Assembly (NCBI GenBank): GCA_015231405.1
Contig: JADGBR010000004.1
Span: forward strand, 64,189-128,188
Length of the DNA stretch: 64,000 bases
Reading direction: 5' to 3'
From: Candidatus Omnitrophota bacterium
Lineage (GTDB): Bacteria; Omnitrophota; Gorgyraeia; Tantalellales; Tantalellaceae
The translations under genes were made by a program, and so were the position numbers. Below, one piece after another: positions 38,134-51,225 of the stretch; within the stretch, counting starts at the first letter, position 1, and each line of letters begins with the position of its first letter. A model generated the notes under the pieces. It worked only from the letters and a program-made list of their open reading frames with translations, was not told where the DNA came from and made no database searches.

Positions 38134-39116
38134 CAGATATAATTCCCCGCGTTCTCCCTGTAATAATCCAATGTCTCTTTTAGCGCCTGTTTCAGCCTGA
38201 CTTTCGGCTTCCAGCGGCACTGTTTCGTGAACTTCGAATGGTCCGCGTAATAATCATCGATGTCTATTTTTTTCCGGTCGGCCGGGAATTCTTTTATTTT
38301 GTAAGAGCCTTCCCCGTTAACGGCGACGAGAAGTTCCGCGAGGTCTTTCAATTTGATGGACCCGTCCCCGCCCAGGTTGAAGATATTCCCCGCCGCTTTC
38401 TTATCCGACCCGGCTATCAAAAAGGCGCTGGTCGCGTCCCTGGAATAAGTGAAATCCCTTATCTGGTCCCCGCCCCAGACCTCGAAAGGCTTCCCTTCCA
38501 GAAGAAACCGTATCCATATGCCCAGGAATGTCTGCCGTGAGTCCTTGATCCTCATACGCGGACCGATCGTATTGGTCAAACGAAGCACGCATACCCTGAT
38601 GCCGTATACCCTGTGGTAAAGCATATGGTACTGTTCCCCGGCCAGTTTATTGACGCCGTTGATATCCACGGGGCATAAAGGATGTTTCTCATCGACGGGA
38701 AGATATTCGGGCTTACCGTAGATCTGGCGGGTGCTGGCGTATACGATCGAAATACCCGGGTTATATTTACGGCAGGCTTCCAGGATATGCAGCTGGGCCC
38801 GCGCGTTGATGTCCAGGTCCGCGAGCGGGTCCGACATGGAATCCATATGGGAAGTCTGACCCGCGAGGTTAAAAAGATGGTCGACGCCCCTGACGAGATA
38901 TTTCATGCTGTGATCGTCCCTCACGTCGGAAATGTTTATCTTTATCTTATCCGCAATACCCTCGACGTTAAAGAGGTTGCCGCCATATTCGGGAATGAGA
39001 CTATCTATGACCACGACCTTAGCCCCGAGTCCGACCAGCTCGATGGCCAGGTTAGAACCTAAGAAACCCAACCCGCCGGTTATGAGCACCTTCTTGTTCT
39101 TATAATAATTTTTCAT
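38133..39116 (-). CDS. NAD-dependent epimerase/dehydratase, extended SDR (UDP-glucuronate decarboxylase/ArnA-C-terminal-like)
   Basis: 327 aa. Motifs: [14 protein letters not shown] and [10 protein letters not shown] (Ser-Tyr-Lys). Confidence 0.8.
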   Translation of the reverse strand: MKNYYKNKKVLITGGLGFLGSNLAIELVGLGAKVVVIDSLIPEYGGNLFNVEGIADKIKINISDVRDDHSMKYLVRGVDHLFNLAGQTSHMDSMSDPLADLDINARAQLHILEACRKYNPGISIVYASTRQIYGKPEYLPVDEKHPLCPVDINGVNKLAGEQYHMLYHRVYGIRVCVLRLTNTIGPRMRIKDSRQTFLGIWIRFLLEGKPFEVWGGDQIRDFTYSRDATSAFLIAGSDKKAAGNIFNLGGDGSIKLKDLAELLVAVNGEGSYKIKEFPADRKKIDIDDYYADHSKFTKQCRWKPKVRLKQALKETLDYYRENAGNYI

Positions 39117-39190
39117 AAGCTGATGGACTTTTCTATTATTTTCCTGTATTTTACCAATACGCCGTTGTTTTGCAACAAATTATTCCATAA

Positions 39191-40171
39191 TTGGAGCCTG
39201 ATATGATAGCCGGTCCGGACCTTCAATGTATATTCTGTAGAGGCGCTCTGGATAAGACGCCGCGTTTTATCGTCACCGATAAGCTTGCCCTTGGCCGGAA
39301 AATACCCTACCGGTTCCACAGGTGTTCCCTCTGCGGATCGGATATACTCGCCGGAGGAGTGGACGAAGGCGAGAATTCGAAGACATATGAAGAGAACTAC
39401 ATGTTCAGCATGGATGAGAAAGGCGGACGCCTCCGAAAGGCGCTGCAAAAAGCGGAATGGAACCTCTTCTACAAGAGAACTTACCTTTCCGACGCGCGGC
39501 TCATCGAAAAGTACATGGGCGGGAGACGTTTCAGACTATTGGATGTCGGATGCGGGTCGGGCCTCCGTGTTAAATGTTTCGGGGAATACGGGTTCGACGC
39601 CCGCGGGATCGAGACATCACACCCGGCGGTCGAATACGCGGCCAACAAACTTGGCTGTGACGTAAGGCTTAGATCCCTCCGGGACTGTGTCATTGCGAGA
39701 GAGAGCTACGATATAGTCACATCTTACGCCGTGCTCGAGCATATTACCGACCCTTCGGTTTTTATCGCCGATCTCGTTAAATTGCTTAAGCCCGGAGGGC
39801 TACTGCTCTTAAGGGTCCCGCTCGCCGGATCGTTCCAGATGAGGATTTTCGCCGGGAGCCACAGCCTTTACAGGGAAGCTCCACGGCATGTCTGGATACC
39901 CTCATTTAAAGCGATGACGGAAAATATCGAAAAGTTCGGGTTGTCGCTTATCGGGCACCGGAGTGAGCCTCTTCTTAGCGCAGCCAGCCACGCGAGTTTG
40001 TCATTGTTCCCTATGGCCGCTAACGCTATCGCGGTAAAGGTCGGCTTAAGAGGGGTATTTTACAGGTTGGTTGGAGCACTTTTGGCCGTTTTCCCCGGAA
40101 TACCTCTGGCGCTTGCCGATTCTTTCCGGGGCGTCGGGGCGCATACGGATTTTGTTTACAGGAAGTCCTAG
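39191..40171 (+). CDS. Class I SAM-dependent methyltransferase with N-terminal Zn-ribbon (CxxC...CxxC)
   Basis: 326 aa. Motif I is LLDVGCGSG. The N-terminus has CIFC...CSLC. Confidence 0.7.
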   Translation: MEPDMIAGPDLQCIFCRGALDKTPRFIVTDKLALGRKIPYRFHRCSLCGSDILAGGVDEGENSKTYEENYMFSMDEKGGRLRKALQKAEWNLFYKRTYLSDARLIEKYMGGRRFRLLDVGCGSGLRVKCFGEYGFDARGIETSHPAVEYAANKLGCDVRLRSLRDCVIARESYDIVTSYAVLEHITDPSVFIADLVKLLKPGGLLLLRVPLAGSFQMRIFAGSHSLYREAPRHVWIPSFKAMTENIEKFGLSLIGHRSEPLLSAASHASLSLFPMAANAIAVKVGLRGVFYRLVGALLAVFPGIPLALADSFRGVGAHTDFVYRKS

Positions 40172-40184
40172 GGTATATTATTAT

Positions 40185-40219
40185 GGGGATTGCTTCGTCG
40201 CTTCGCTCCTCGCAATGAC
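40185..40219 (+). repeat. Solo copy of the 35-38-nt MITE core motif GGGATTGCTTCGTCG-N-CTCCTCGCAATGAC
   Basis: It is identical in its arms to the TIR cores of elements A and B. It lies just upstream of, and partly overlaps, the annotated start of the next GT-C gene. Confidence 0.6.
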
Positions 40220-40227
40220 GGCGGTTC

Positions 40228-42688
<2,461 letters not shown>

Positions 42689-42781
42689 CTATATCCTCCT
42701 TACTATTTTAAATAGTAGCTCCTCCATTAAAAATCCCGCGCCCCGACATCGCGAACCCCGGGAAGCGGGGTGAAGCGATCT

Positions 42782-43786
42782 CTATTGGGATTGCTTCGTC
42801 GCCTTCGGCTCCTCGCAATGACGGAGCTGATCCAAAATTCTGTCATGGCAAAGGCCATTAGTGGCTATAATGCCGATATTATTCTCGAGCGACCGGTCGA
42901 AACTGAAGTCAAGGGGTTTGCCGGTTATGTCAGTCACTTTGCCTCCGGCTTCTTCTACTATTACGCACCCGGCGGCGTGGTCCCATATCATCTGCCGGTA
43001 GTCCGGGGTTAGAGGCGACTGCATCCTGAGATATGCCGAGACATCTCCTCTCGCCACGAGGGCGTATTTAGCCTGGCCGTCTATACGCGTATGCGGAGCT
43101 GATACTCCAAGCCGTCCATATAAACGGTCATGGGCGGCGTGATCGGTATGGGCTGATTCGAAGCTTTCGACGAATTTGAGTTCACCCGGATCTTTATCGG
43201 CCGAAACATGTATACTCCTGGATACCGATATGTCCTCTATCCATATCACCCGAGCGCCGCGGCGTTTTTCGGCGACGAAAATACAACCCTTCTTCCCGTC
43301 TTCGTAGTCGATGTTCGGACAGCCAAGCGCGCCGAAAAGGATCTCGCCGTTCTCGATCAGAGCCAGGGCTATGGCGTATTGGCCGCCCCTTAAGAACCCT
43401 TTGGTGCCGTCTATGGGGTCGAGCACCCATTTCCTGGACGGCCCTCTTTTATGATCGCAGTCTATCCACCGGGATATGTTCGCTAACGATACTTCCCCGG
43501 GGAAAATATCTCCGACAAGACCCACGATCTGTTCGACCATTTCATTATCGCCGGAAATAAGGCCGGAAGAGTGTTCTTCGGCTACGACGGGTTCTCCCGG
43601 AAAATGTTCGCGGAGTTCCCTGCATATGACGGCCTGGGAGGCGTAATCGGCGACGGTCACGGGGCTTTTGTCGGATTTCTTCTGGGACCGGTACAGGACG
43701 AGATCGGCCTGGACCTTTATGCAGATCCGCGACGCGGCGAGTACCGCCTTAACCGCTATTTCTGTCTCTTTTGTCAGCTCCGCCAT
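42782..43786 (-). CDS. cysQ: 3'(2'),5'-bisphosphate nucleotidase (CysQ/inositol-monophosphatase family)
   Basis: 334 aa. WVLDPIDGTKGF is the metal-binding signature. Confidence 0.75.
   Translation of the reverse strand: MAELTKETEIAVKAVLAASRICIKVQADLVLYRSQKKSDKSPVTVADYASQAVICRELREHFPGEPVVAEEHSSGLISGDNEMVEQIVGLVGDIFPGEVSLANISRWIDCDHKRGPSRKWVLDPIDGTKGFLRGGQYAIALALIENGEILFGALGCPNIDYEDGKKGCIFVAEKRRGARVIWIEDISVSRSIHVSADKDPGELKFVESFESAHTDHAAHDRLYGRLGVSAPHTRIDGQAKYALVARGDVSAYLRMQSPLTPDYRQMIWDHAAGCVIVEEAGGKVTDITGKPLDFSFDRSLENNIGIIATNGLCHDRILDQLRHCEEPKATKQSQ
42787..42822 (+). repeat. Solo copy of the MITE core motif (GGGATTGCTTCGTCGCCTTCGGCTCCTCGCAATGAC)
   Basis: The arms are the same as in the other copies. 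The central spacer is a different small palindrome (GCCttcGGC). It overlaps the cysQ stop codon region. Confidence 0.6.
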
Positions 43787-43802
43787 AAGTCAGCCCTCGG
43801 AT

Positions 43803-44867
43803 CTACATATACAGGTAATCAAGCCCCACTTCGCCCTTGTTCTCCAATAACTCAATATCGGCTTTCACCATTATCTCGACCAGTTCCGTGAATTTTACCT
43901 TCGGGGACCATCCCAGCTCTTTCCGGGCTTTGGATGGATCTCCCAGGAGCTGTTCTACCTCGGCCGGCCTGAAGTACTGGGGGTCGATCTCTATAAGGAC
44001 CTTGTTCTTTTTCTTGCAAAGACCTTTCTCGGTAACGCCTTTACCCTGCCAGACGATATCTATCCCCGCGCATTTGAAAGCTTTCTCTGAGAATTCCCTG
44101 ACGGTATGGTTCTCTCCCGTCGCGATGACATAATCCCCGGGTTCGTCCCTATCCATCATCATCCACATGGCCTCTACGTATTCCGGCGCGTATCCCCAGT
44201 CCCTTTTCGCGTCCAGATTGCCGAGATATACTTTTTCCTGAAGCCCGGCTTTTATCTTGGCAACCGCGCTGGTTATTTTGCGGGTGACGAACCGCGAGTC
44301 CCTTCTCTCCGATTCGTGGTTAAAAAGTATGCCGTTACAGGCGAACAAGCCGTAAGCCTCACGGTAATTCACGGTTATCCAGTACCCGTAGACCTTGGCG
44401 GCCGCGTACGGGCTTCTCGGGTAGAACGGAGTGGTCTCTTTCTGCGGTATTTCCATGACCTTCCCGAACATCTCGCTCGATGACGCCTGGTAGAACTTGG
44501 CTTTTATCCGCACCTCTCTTATCACGTCAAGGAGCCTTAAAACCCCGAGCGCGTCGGTATCGGACGTATACTCGGGCTGGCTGAATGAGACCCCTACATG
44601 GCTCTGCGCGGCGAGATTGTATATCTCATGCGGCTCTATCTTCTCGATAAGCCTGCTCAAATTGCTCGAGTCGACCATATCGCCGTAATGGAGATGGAAC
44701 TTCACCCCTTTCTCATGCAGGTCCTTGTAAAGGTGGTCCAGCCTCTGCGTATTGAAATTCGACGCCCTCCTTATTATCCCGTGCACTTCGTAGCCTTTTT
44801 TGAGCAAGAGCTCCGCGAGATATGAACCGTCTTGGCCGGTTATGCCGGTTATCAGAGCTTTTTTCAT
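43803..44867 (-). CDS. gmd: GDP-mannose 4,6-dehydratase
   Basis: 354 aa. [47 protein letters not shown] is a near-canonical Gmd N-terminus. Confidence 0.95.
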   Translation of the reverse strand: MKKALITGITGQDGSYLAELLLKKGYEVHGIIRRASNFNTQRLDHLYKDLHEKGVKFHLHYGDMVDSSNLSRLIEKIEPHEIYNLAAQSHVGVSFSQPEYTSDTDALGVLRLLDVIREVRIKAKFYQASSSEMFGKVMEIPQKETTPFYPRSPYAAAKVYGYWITVNYREAYGLFACNGILFNHESERRDSRFVTRKITSAVAKIKAGLQEKVYLGNLDAKRDWGYAPEYVEAMWMMMDRDEPGDYVIATGENHTVREFSEKAFKCAGIDIVWQGKGVTEKGLCKKKNKVLIEIDPQYFRPAEVEQLLGDPSKARKELGWSPKVKFTELVEIMVKADIELLENKGEVGLDYLYM

Positions 44868-44913
44868 TATTCACGACCTCCTCATTAAATACTCCAACTC
44901 CAAAAAAACGCGG

Positions 44914-45657
44914 CTAAACAGGTTTTTTCGCCACACAGAAAACCGACGATCCGAAGGGAAACGTAACCCTTAACAATAATTCATTCTCCAGGAACAACAC
45001 GCCTTTCAGCATATCGTTAATAAAACCTGGTAATCTGTTCAACCCGGCGATGTTCTTTTTATGACAGAACGGGAATACCCTCTCCAATAACCGGCCTGCC
45101 AGAAGGACGGGAAACAGCAGCGAATCCCTGTAAGTTATCCTTTCAATGGCGAACCCGGCGTTAAGTACCTTCATTTTTACCTCACCCAGGGTATACCTGT
45201 GCTTCGCGTGAACAAGCTCATCGTGTTTCGCGGTCAGAAAAGAGAATGCCGGGACGTTGACTATAAATAACCCGCCGTCAGTCATGACCCTGAATATTTC
45301 CGACAATGCCGCCATATCGTCCCCTACATCCCTGTGGTACAACACACCCATCGAAACTACAACTCCGAAACTCGAACTTTTAAAAGGCAGCCCCGATACC
45401 GACGCCCGGGCAAGCCGCGTCAAATTCCTTTTTTTGCAGAAACGAAGCGCTTCGGACGATATATCGACCCCGTATGCCTCGCGCCTCCCTAAGGAAGCGA
45501 GCAGCCCACCCGTCCCGCACCCGGCGTCAAGGAGCTTTGTTCCGTACCAATTTCCGCAATATCCCTCCAAGGTCCTCGAAAGGAACCTTTTCTGGGCTTC
45601 ATACCACCAGTACGAATCCTCAAGCTCATACATTTTAGCGTATTCCGGTATTTCCAT
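44914..45657 (-). CDS. Class I SAM-dependent methyltransferase
   Basis: Start is at MEIPEYAKMYELED. Motif I is LLDAGCGTGGL. The track ORF extends to 45786 and would overlap the upstream gene. Confidence 0.7.
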   Translation of the reverse strand: MEIPEYAKMYELEDSYWWYEAQKRFLSRTLEGYCGNWYGTKLLDAGCGTGGLLASLGRREAYGVDISSEALRFCKKRNLTRLARASVSGLPFKSSSFGVVVSMGVLYHRDVGDDMAALSEIFRVMTDGGLFIVNVPAFSFLTAKHDELVHAKHRYTLGEVKMKVLNAGFAIERITYRDSLLFPVLLAGRLLERVFPFCHKKNIAGLNRLPGFINDMLKGVLFLENELLLRVTFPFGSSVFCVAKKPV

Positions 45658-46585
45658 CCCTCTCCCCGTGCAACCCCCTAACGACGTACTGGGGCGTCTG
45701 GTTGTTATATAGGAACAACCTTCCGATATATTCCCCCAGGAGGCCCAGCGTAAGGAGCTGTATACCGGAAAAGACCATGATGGCAATGATCAAGGACGGG
45801 TACCCCACGACCAGCCCGGGGTTTTTTATCTTTTCCGTGATAACGACCCCGCTGAATACCACCCCGAGCACGCTTAGGAAAATACCGAGAAAAGTACTTA
45901 TCCTCAACGGGTTGATAGAAAAATTCACGAACATGTTCAGCCATAAAAGGAAAAGTTTCCGTAATGTATACCCCGACCCGCCCGAATAACGGTCCTCATG
46001 GCGCACCTTTACCCGGCCGATATTGTTCGTGCACCTCAATATCAACCCATCTATGTAAGGGAAAGGCCCCCTGTACTTTATTATCTCGCCGGCCACGAAA
46101 CGGCTTACGCATTTGAAACTGGATAAATACAGGTCCTTCGGCTTATCCATCACCAGGTTCGCCACAAAATGGTTAAACCTGCTGCCAAGGTTCCTGGCCC
46201 ATGAATGTTTCTTCTCATCGTACTGGACATAAACAACGTCTAAAGACCCAGCCAGCGCTTTATCGAAGAGGATGGGAACTTCTTCCGGGGGATTTTGGAA
46301 GTCATCGTCCATTATAACCACGTTATCCCCGGTAACGTGGTTAAGCCCGGCCATTACGGCGTTATGCTCCCCGAAATTCTTCGAAAGCTCCAGGTACATG
46401 ACCGAGCCTTTATATTTCCCGGCCAGGGCCAGGCACGCCCCATGGCTGTTATCCCGGCTGCCGTCGTTCACAAGGATGATCTCAACGCCCTGTTTCCCGA
46501 GTATCTCTATAAGCTTATCCACAAGCATGGTTATTGTCTTTTCTCCGTTATATACGGGTATTACCAAGGATCGCTTAATATCCAT
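45635..46585 (-). CDS. GT2-family polyprenyl-phosphate sugar synthase (ArnC/GtrB/DPM1-like), second copy
   Basis: 316 aa. Motifs: LVIPVYNGE, ILVNDGSRD and a DxD in VIMDDDFQ. The C-terminus has two TM helices. Confidence 0.8.
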   Translation of the reverse strand: MDIKRSLVIPVYNGEKTITMLVDKLIEILGKQGVEIILVNDGSRDNSHGACLALAGKYKGSVMYLELSKNFGEHNAVMAGLNHVTGDNVVIMDDDFQNPPEEVPILFDKALAGSLDVVYVQYDEKKHSWARNLGSRFNHFVANLVMDKPKDLYLSSFKCVSRFVAGEIIKYRGPFPYIDGLILRCTNNIGRVKVRHEDRYSGGSGYTLRKLFLLWLNMFVNFSINPLRISTFLGIFLSVLGVVFSGVVITEKIKNPGLVVGYPSLIIAIMVFSGIQLLTLGLLGEYIGRLFLYNNQTPQYVVRGLHGERDGNTGIR

Positions 46586-46950
46586 TTTTTCTCCCGATAG
46601 AGTTGAACAAAGCCGAAATATCCTTTGACAAAGGGTTATACCTCATGAAAATATCCAGGAATTTAAACGGCAAAGTGAAAAGCATCATGATGCCCAGCAG
46701 GATATTCCGCAGGCGTTCGTTCCCGAAAGACAGAATGATGGCCACCCATCCCTGGAATACCCATAGTCGGGCGGCTGTTCACCCCCAGCCCCATTATCCC
46801 GAACCCCTGGATCCACATTATCACGCGGAAAAACAACGGCATTTATCACATCGGCCTGGACCCGGGTATTACCGGACCCGAGGTTCATGAAAACCCCTTC
46901 TTTCCCATTTAAGGATATCATACTCATCGCGGGGAATAAAGCCCGCCTGT

Positions 46951-47943
46951 TTAAAATCTTTTCCTGACATACCTTCCAACCTTGCGCAAACTGACACCAC
47001 GGTTCGGGAAACCGCATATCTCATTCAAAACTTCTCCCGCGACCCTAATGACGGACGCTTCACCGGCGCTGACGTACTTGAAACCCTCATAGGGGCACGT
47101 GCAGTCTATAAGGGGGCACGGGGCGGGTGTTTTGTCGGGTGTGTACTTCCCTTTAAGAAGGTTGCCGTATCTCTTGTACGAGCTCGAGCAGCGGTAGAGG
47201 TTGCCGGAGGGGTCCATGCGGAAATAATCCATCCCCGTCCGGCATGGGTTTCCGAAATAATTGACGCTCGTGTTCATGACCTTCTCTTCCCGGGGATCGA
47301 GGGAGTATTTATAGATGAACTCTTTTTCCTCGCGGGTAAAAGCGGCCGGATATTTTTTGCCGTTATGGTATCCCCTGAAAGTCTTGGCGTTAACGAGCTT
47401 GATCCCGCGAGATTTCAGGTATTTTACGTCCAGGGCCATTTTTTCCAATAGACGGGGGTATGTCAGATATCCTACATCGATATTGAAACCTTTCTCCTGG
47501 AGGATGAGCACCTTTTCAATAAAATGATCTATGCCGGCAGGATTTTTCTCTCGCGCGGTTTTATGGAACCCGGCGTTCAGGAAAACGACCTTATCGGGCG
47601 ATATCCTGTTAGCGAATTCCCTGACGTTCAAGGTCGAAAGATTGGTATTAAGAGATATGAAGTGCCCTTTCGTCAGCTCGGCGCAAAGATCGACGAATTT
47701 CGGGTAAAGGAACGGCTCGCCGCCCGACATGTGTACCTGCCAGACCTTACCGGTATCGTTAAAACACCCGGCGATATGAGCGGGACCGTATTTGCCGCAA
47801 TCGGGATGCTCCTTCGACAGTTTCTCCTCGCCGCAAAAACAGTACTCGCAACGGAAATTGCACAGGTTATTAAGCTGCCAGAAGACCATGCTGTCCGGCC
47901 GTTTACCGCTCGTACCCTTAATATCCCTTGTAAAGTCGCTCAT
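46951..47943 (-). CDS. Radical SAM protein with SPASM-like C-terminal Cys cluster (anSME/BtrN-like architecture)
   Basis: Start is at MSDFTRDIKG. WQLNNLCNFRCEYCF (CxxxCxxC) is near the N-terminus. The C-terminus has CRTGMDY...CPLIDCTCPYEG. The track ORF extends to 48018. Confidence 0.7.
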   Translation of the reverse strand: MSDFTRDIKGTSGKRPDSMVFWQLNNLCNFRCEYCFCGEEKLSKEHPDCGKYGPAHIAGCFNDTGKVWQVHMSGGEPFLYPKFVDLCAELTKGHFISLNTNLSTLNVREFANRISPDKVVFLNAGFHKTAREKNPAGIDHFIEKVLILQEKGFNIDVGYLTYPRLLEKMALDVKYLKSRGIKLVNAKTFRGYHNGKKYPAAFTREEKEFIYKYSLDPREEKVMNTSVNYFGNPCRTGMDYFRMDPSGNLYRCSSSYKRYGNLLKGKYTPDKTPAPCPLIDCTCPYEGFKYVSAGEASVIRVAGEVLNEICGFPNRGVSLRKVGRYVRKRF

Positions 47944-47944
47944 A

Positions 47945-49570
47945 TTAAGATCTGTCCGAATACACCACGAATTCCCCTTCGGGGTATCTGAACGCTTTCC
48001 TTTCGTATTTACCGGCATTGAACCATGCTTCTGACCCTAGAAGGAAATCCTTTTCGAGCCCGGGGAAGACGGCTATTGTCTTTATATTCTCGGGGTCCTT
48101 GATATCCTTGAGCCATCTTCCCGTGTATCTCGTTTTGGCCTCTTCTTTCAGCCTTCGGGTCTCGGCCTTATCCACAAAAACGCGATCGGTGAAAATGAAC
48201 ATGTAATACAGGTTCTCCCCGGAGATCTGCCCGTAATGGGATAGATATACCGGCATCGTAAAAGAGGCTTCGCAGTTAATAACAGGGTCCACGACCGCCA
48301 GGATCCTGTCTTTTACCCCGGCGGTTCTTATGATCTCTTTCAAAAAGGCGTTAGTCTGCTTACCTTCGTCAGCAAGATATTTCACGCGGAAATATCCATA
48401 GCCCAGGCGCGGTATGAACATCAGGAATACCAGGGTAAAAAAAACCAGTTTTGAGAACACGGTTACCCTTTTATCTTTCCTTATCCGCCGGATCAGATAG
48501 ACCACCATAAAAGCCGTGCCCAGGAACGCCGGCAATAGGAACCTGTGGACGAGCCCGGTCTTGTTGTAGAGCGCCATCTCGGGGATCAATATCAGTAGAA
48601 ATAGGGTTAAAGCCTTAAAGGTATCAGTCCCGAATATCTTTTTAACGGAAAGCGCGTCTATTTTCCTTTTATCCCCGAAATAGGACTCGCCCACGATGAA
48701 TACGCCGAAGAATATCACAAGGACAGGGATTAGCTCGATAAGATCCAGCAGGAACAATTTGAATTCACGCGCAGCGAAAAGAGGATTTCTTATCATCATC
48801 GCAAGAAAAGTACCCTCACCAAAACCGGCCATCGATTCCTTGTGGATATCTACGTAATGTCTGATGATGTAAATATCGAACGCCAGTATCGAGAATAACA
48901 CCGCGGCGGCGGTGATATTACCCGCGGCAGCGCGAATAAATGGAACATTATCCCTTTTTGAACACAGCCATACCTTCCAGAAAAAGAACGCCGGAACGAT
49001 CACAATGAAACTCTCCTTACACAGTGATGAGATGAAAAGCATGGATAAAGATATGACGCCATACGCCTTCCCTCCCGAGCGCACCCCTTTAGCCATAAAA
49101 AAAAGGGCCCCCGAGAAAAATACCATACCTATCGACTCCGCCACGCCCAGCCGCCACCAGATGGGGACCTGCTGCCCAATAAGCGTCAAAAAAGAAAAAA
49201 ACAGCGATTCGGCCGCATCGTATCCCATAGCGCGCATAAAAAGGAAGAGGAAATACGCGCAAACGACAGCCAAAAAGGTATGGTAGACATAAAACAGTTT
49301 GAAATTATCCCCGAACGATCGGATCTCCAGGAACCTGTGCAGGTTCCTGAACGGCCTAAACCTTATATGTTCCTTAAAGATCTCATCCAATACGCTTTTT
49401 TTGGCTCCGGCAAGAAAGCCCGTGCCATTATTCCCCCGAGCGCCTGAAAGTATCTGAGAATCATCCTTAAAATGGAACCCGGAACCCAATGTTCCGCTAA
49501 TAATGAGCAAACCGGAGTAAAACGATACTATAAACAATAAAACCAGCAGATTCGTCCTCATAGTTAGCAC
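47945..49570 (-). CDS. Polytopic membrane protein, probable GT-C-type glycosyltransferase
   Basis: 541 aa and about 12 TM helices. FKDDSQIL (an acidic pair) follows TM1. The C-terminal ~130 aa is soluble. Confidence 0.4.
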   Translation of the reverse strand: MLTMRTNLLVLLFIVSFYSGLLIISGTLGSGFHFKDDSQILSGARGNNGTGFLAGAKKSVLDEIFKEHIRFRPFRNLHRFLEIRSFGDNFKLFYVYHTFLAVVCAYFLFLFMRAMGYDAAESLFFSFLTLIGQQVPIWWRLGVAESIGMVFFSGALFFMAKGVRSGGKAYGVISLSMLFISSLCKESFIVIVPAFFFWKVWLCSKRDNVPFIRAAAGNITAAAVLFSILAFDIYIIRHYVDIHKESMAGFGEGTFLAMMIRNPLFAAREFKLFLLDLIELIPVLVIFFGVFIVGESYFGDKRKIDALSVKKIFGTDTFKALTLFLLILIPEMALYNKTGLVHRFLLPAFLGTAFMVVYLIRRIRKDKRVTVFSKLVFFTLVFLMFIPRLGYGYFRVKYLADEGKQTNAFLKEIIRTAGVKDRILAVVDPVINCEASFTMPVYLSHYGQISGENLYYMFIFTDRVFVDKAETRRLKEEAKTRYTGRWLKDIKDPENIKTIAVFPGLEKDFLLGSEAWFNAGKYERKAFRYPEGEFVVYSDRS

Positions 49571-49703
49571 ATTTTTAACACTTTTAATTTACTGTGTCAA
49601 TAGCCTGTGTCGCTATAATTAATAATGGAAAGACATAGTCTGAACATTAACATTTACAAATGCCGGCCAAACGTGGATAATTAGTCCGGAGGGGGGTCCA
49701 TCT

Positions 49704-50774
49704 ATGGTCAATATCGGGGTCATAGGCTTCGGATACTGGGGTCCGAACCTTGTAAGAAATTTCACGCATCATCCAAAATGCTCGGTCAAAAGGATAGCTG
49801 ACCAGTCGGAAGCCCGCCTCGCTACCGCCCAGAAGATGTACCCTTTTATCCAGACCACGACGGACATGTACAGGGTACTCGATGACCCCGGGATACAGGG
49901 CGTCGTGATCGCCACTCCTATCAACACGCATTACCGTATCGCTAAGGAAGCTCTTTTACGCGGCAAGCACGTGCTGGTCGAAAAGCCGCTGACAAACTCG
50001 AGAGCCCACGCCCTCGAACTCATCAAAATAGCCAAAGAAAAAGACCTGCGGCTCATGGTGGACCATATCTACCTCTATAACGGGGCGATAAGGAAGATAA
50101 AAGAGATCATTTCCAAAGGCGAGCTCGGGAAAATACAGTATTTCGATTCCATAAGGGTCAATCTGGGCCTTATACAGAACGACTCGAACGTCCTATGGGA
50201 CCTCGCGGTGCACGACCTGTCGATCTTGAATTTTCTGGTGGAAGAGAAGCCTTCGAGCCTCATCGCGACGGGCGTATCGCATACGATGAACAATATCGAG
50301 AATATCGCCTATATCACGCTCAACTACAGTTCAGGCATGATAACGCATATCAACTGCTCGTGGATCTCGCCCGTCAAGATACGCATGATACTCATCGGCG
50401 GAACAAAAAAAATGATAGTCTACAACGACGTCGAGCCGACGGAGAAGGTCAAGCTCTACGACACTAACTACCAGATAATCGAAAGGGAAAAAACCCTGGT
50501 CGATTATAGGATCGGGGATATCTATATACCAAAATTCGACCAGACCGAGGCTTTAAAGAACGTCGCCGACGATTTTATAGACTCTATCATCGAAGGGCGA
50601 GAACCTTTCTCTAACGGTAAAAGCGCTTACGATACCATCGATATCCTGGAAGCCGCACAGGAGTCCATAAAAAAGAACGGCAAAGAGGTGTTCCTTGATG
50701 GAAACAGTCAATATCGAGAACCCAAGGCAGCTGGTAAAGAACGTAAAGCTCGGAACAAACGTAGTGCTGCGTGA
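49704..50774 (+). CDS. Gfo/Idh/MocA-family NAD-dependent sugar oxidoreductase (WbpB-like)
   Basis: 356 aa. MVNIGVIGFGYWGPNLVRNF is the Rossmann N-terminus. GGAGG RBS sits 8 nt upstream. The 3' end overlaps the next gene. Confidence 0.85.
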   Translation: MVNIGVIGFGYWGPNLVRNFTHHPKCSVKRIADQSEARLATAQKMYPFIQTTTDMYRVLDDPGIQGVVIATPINTHYRIAKEALLRGKHVLVEKPLTNSRAHALELIKIAKEKDLRLMVDHIYLYNGAIRKIKEIISKGELGKIQYFDSIRVNLGLIQNDSNVLWDLAVHDLSILNFLVEEKPSSLIATGVSHTMNNIENIAYITLNYSSGMITHINCSWISPVKIRMILIGGTKKMIVYNDVEPTEKVKLYDTNYQIIEREKTLVDYRIGDIYIPKFDQTEALKNVADDFIDSIIEGREPFSNGKSAYDTIDILEAAQESIKKNGKEVFLDGNSQYREPKAAGKERKARNKRSAA

Positions 50775-51225
50775 GTTCATAAACCTTTACGGCTGTAGGA
50801 TCGGCGACAATTCCCGTGTGGGTACTTTCGTCGAGATACAAAAGAACTCGAGCGTCGGAAAGAACTGCAAGATACAAAGCCACTCCTTCATTTGCGAAGG
50901 GGTGGATATCATGGATAACGTATTCATCGGGCATAACGTTTCCTTCATCAACGACAAATACCCGAGATCCGTCAACCCCGACGGGACGCTCATGAACGAC
51001 GCGGACTGGAGCGTCTCTAAAACCCTAGTCGGGAAAGGCGCCTCTATCGGCACCAGCGCCACGATACTCTCGGGCGTCACCATAGGCGAGAATTCCATTA
51101 TCGGGGCGGGTTCTGTCGTCACCAAAGACATTCCGGCCAACGTGATAGCGGCCGGTAACCCCGCCAGGGTATTAAGGACCGTCGGAGGGAAAAGCCTTCC
51201 CGAGCGCGGCAAAAGGGTATCATGA
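50698..51225 (+). CDS. Hexapeptide-repeat N-acetyltransferase (WbpD-like)
   Basis: It has LbH repeats (...IGDNSRVGTFVEIQKNSSVGKNCKIQSHSFICEGVDIMDNVFIGHNVSF...) and ends with the typical ...AAGNPARVLR. Confidence 0.8.
   Translation: METVNIENPRQLVKNVKLGTNVVLREFINLYGCRIGDNSRVGTFVEIQKNSSVGKNCKIQSHSFICEGVDIMDNVFIGHNVSFINDKYPRSVNPDGTLMNDADWSVSKTLVGKGASIGTSATILSGVTIGENSIIGAGSVVTKDIPANVIAAGNPARVLRTVGGKSLPERGKRVS

Noticed and set aside
46586-46950. 365-bp gap with ORFs 46603-46890 (+) and 46685-47017 (-) and a 37-codon minus-strand uORF ending at the GT2 start
   Set aside because: There are no motifs. The minus ORF overlaps the rSAM/SPASM C-terminus, and the plus ORF is His/Pro-rich. It is more likely a non-coding leader or promoter region for the GT2 gene. 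The uORF is noted but unsupported.
50695-50774. 77-nt overlap between the Gfo/Idh/MocA and LbH acetyltransferase genes as a possible frameshift or pseudogene
   Set aside because: Both reading frames are intact and each protein is full-length relative to family norms. A long overlap with an out-of-frame internal start is plausible translational coupling.
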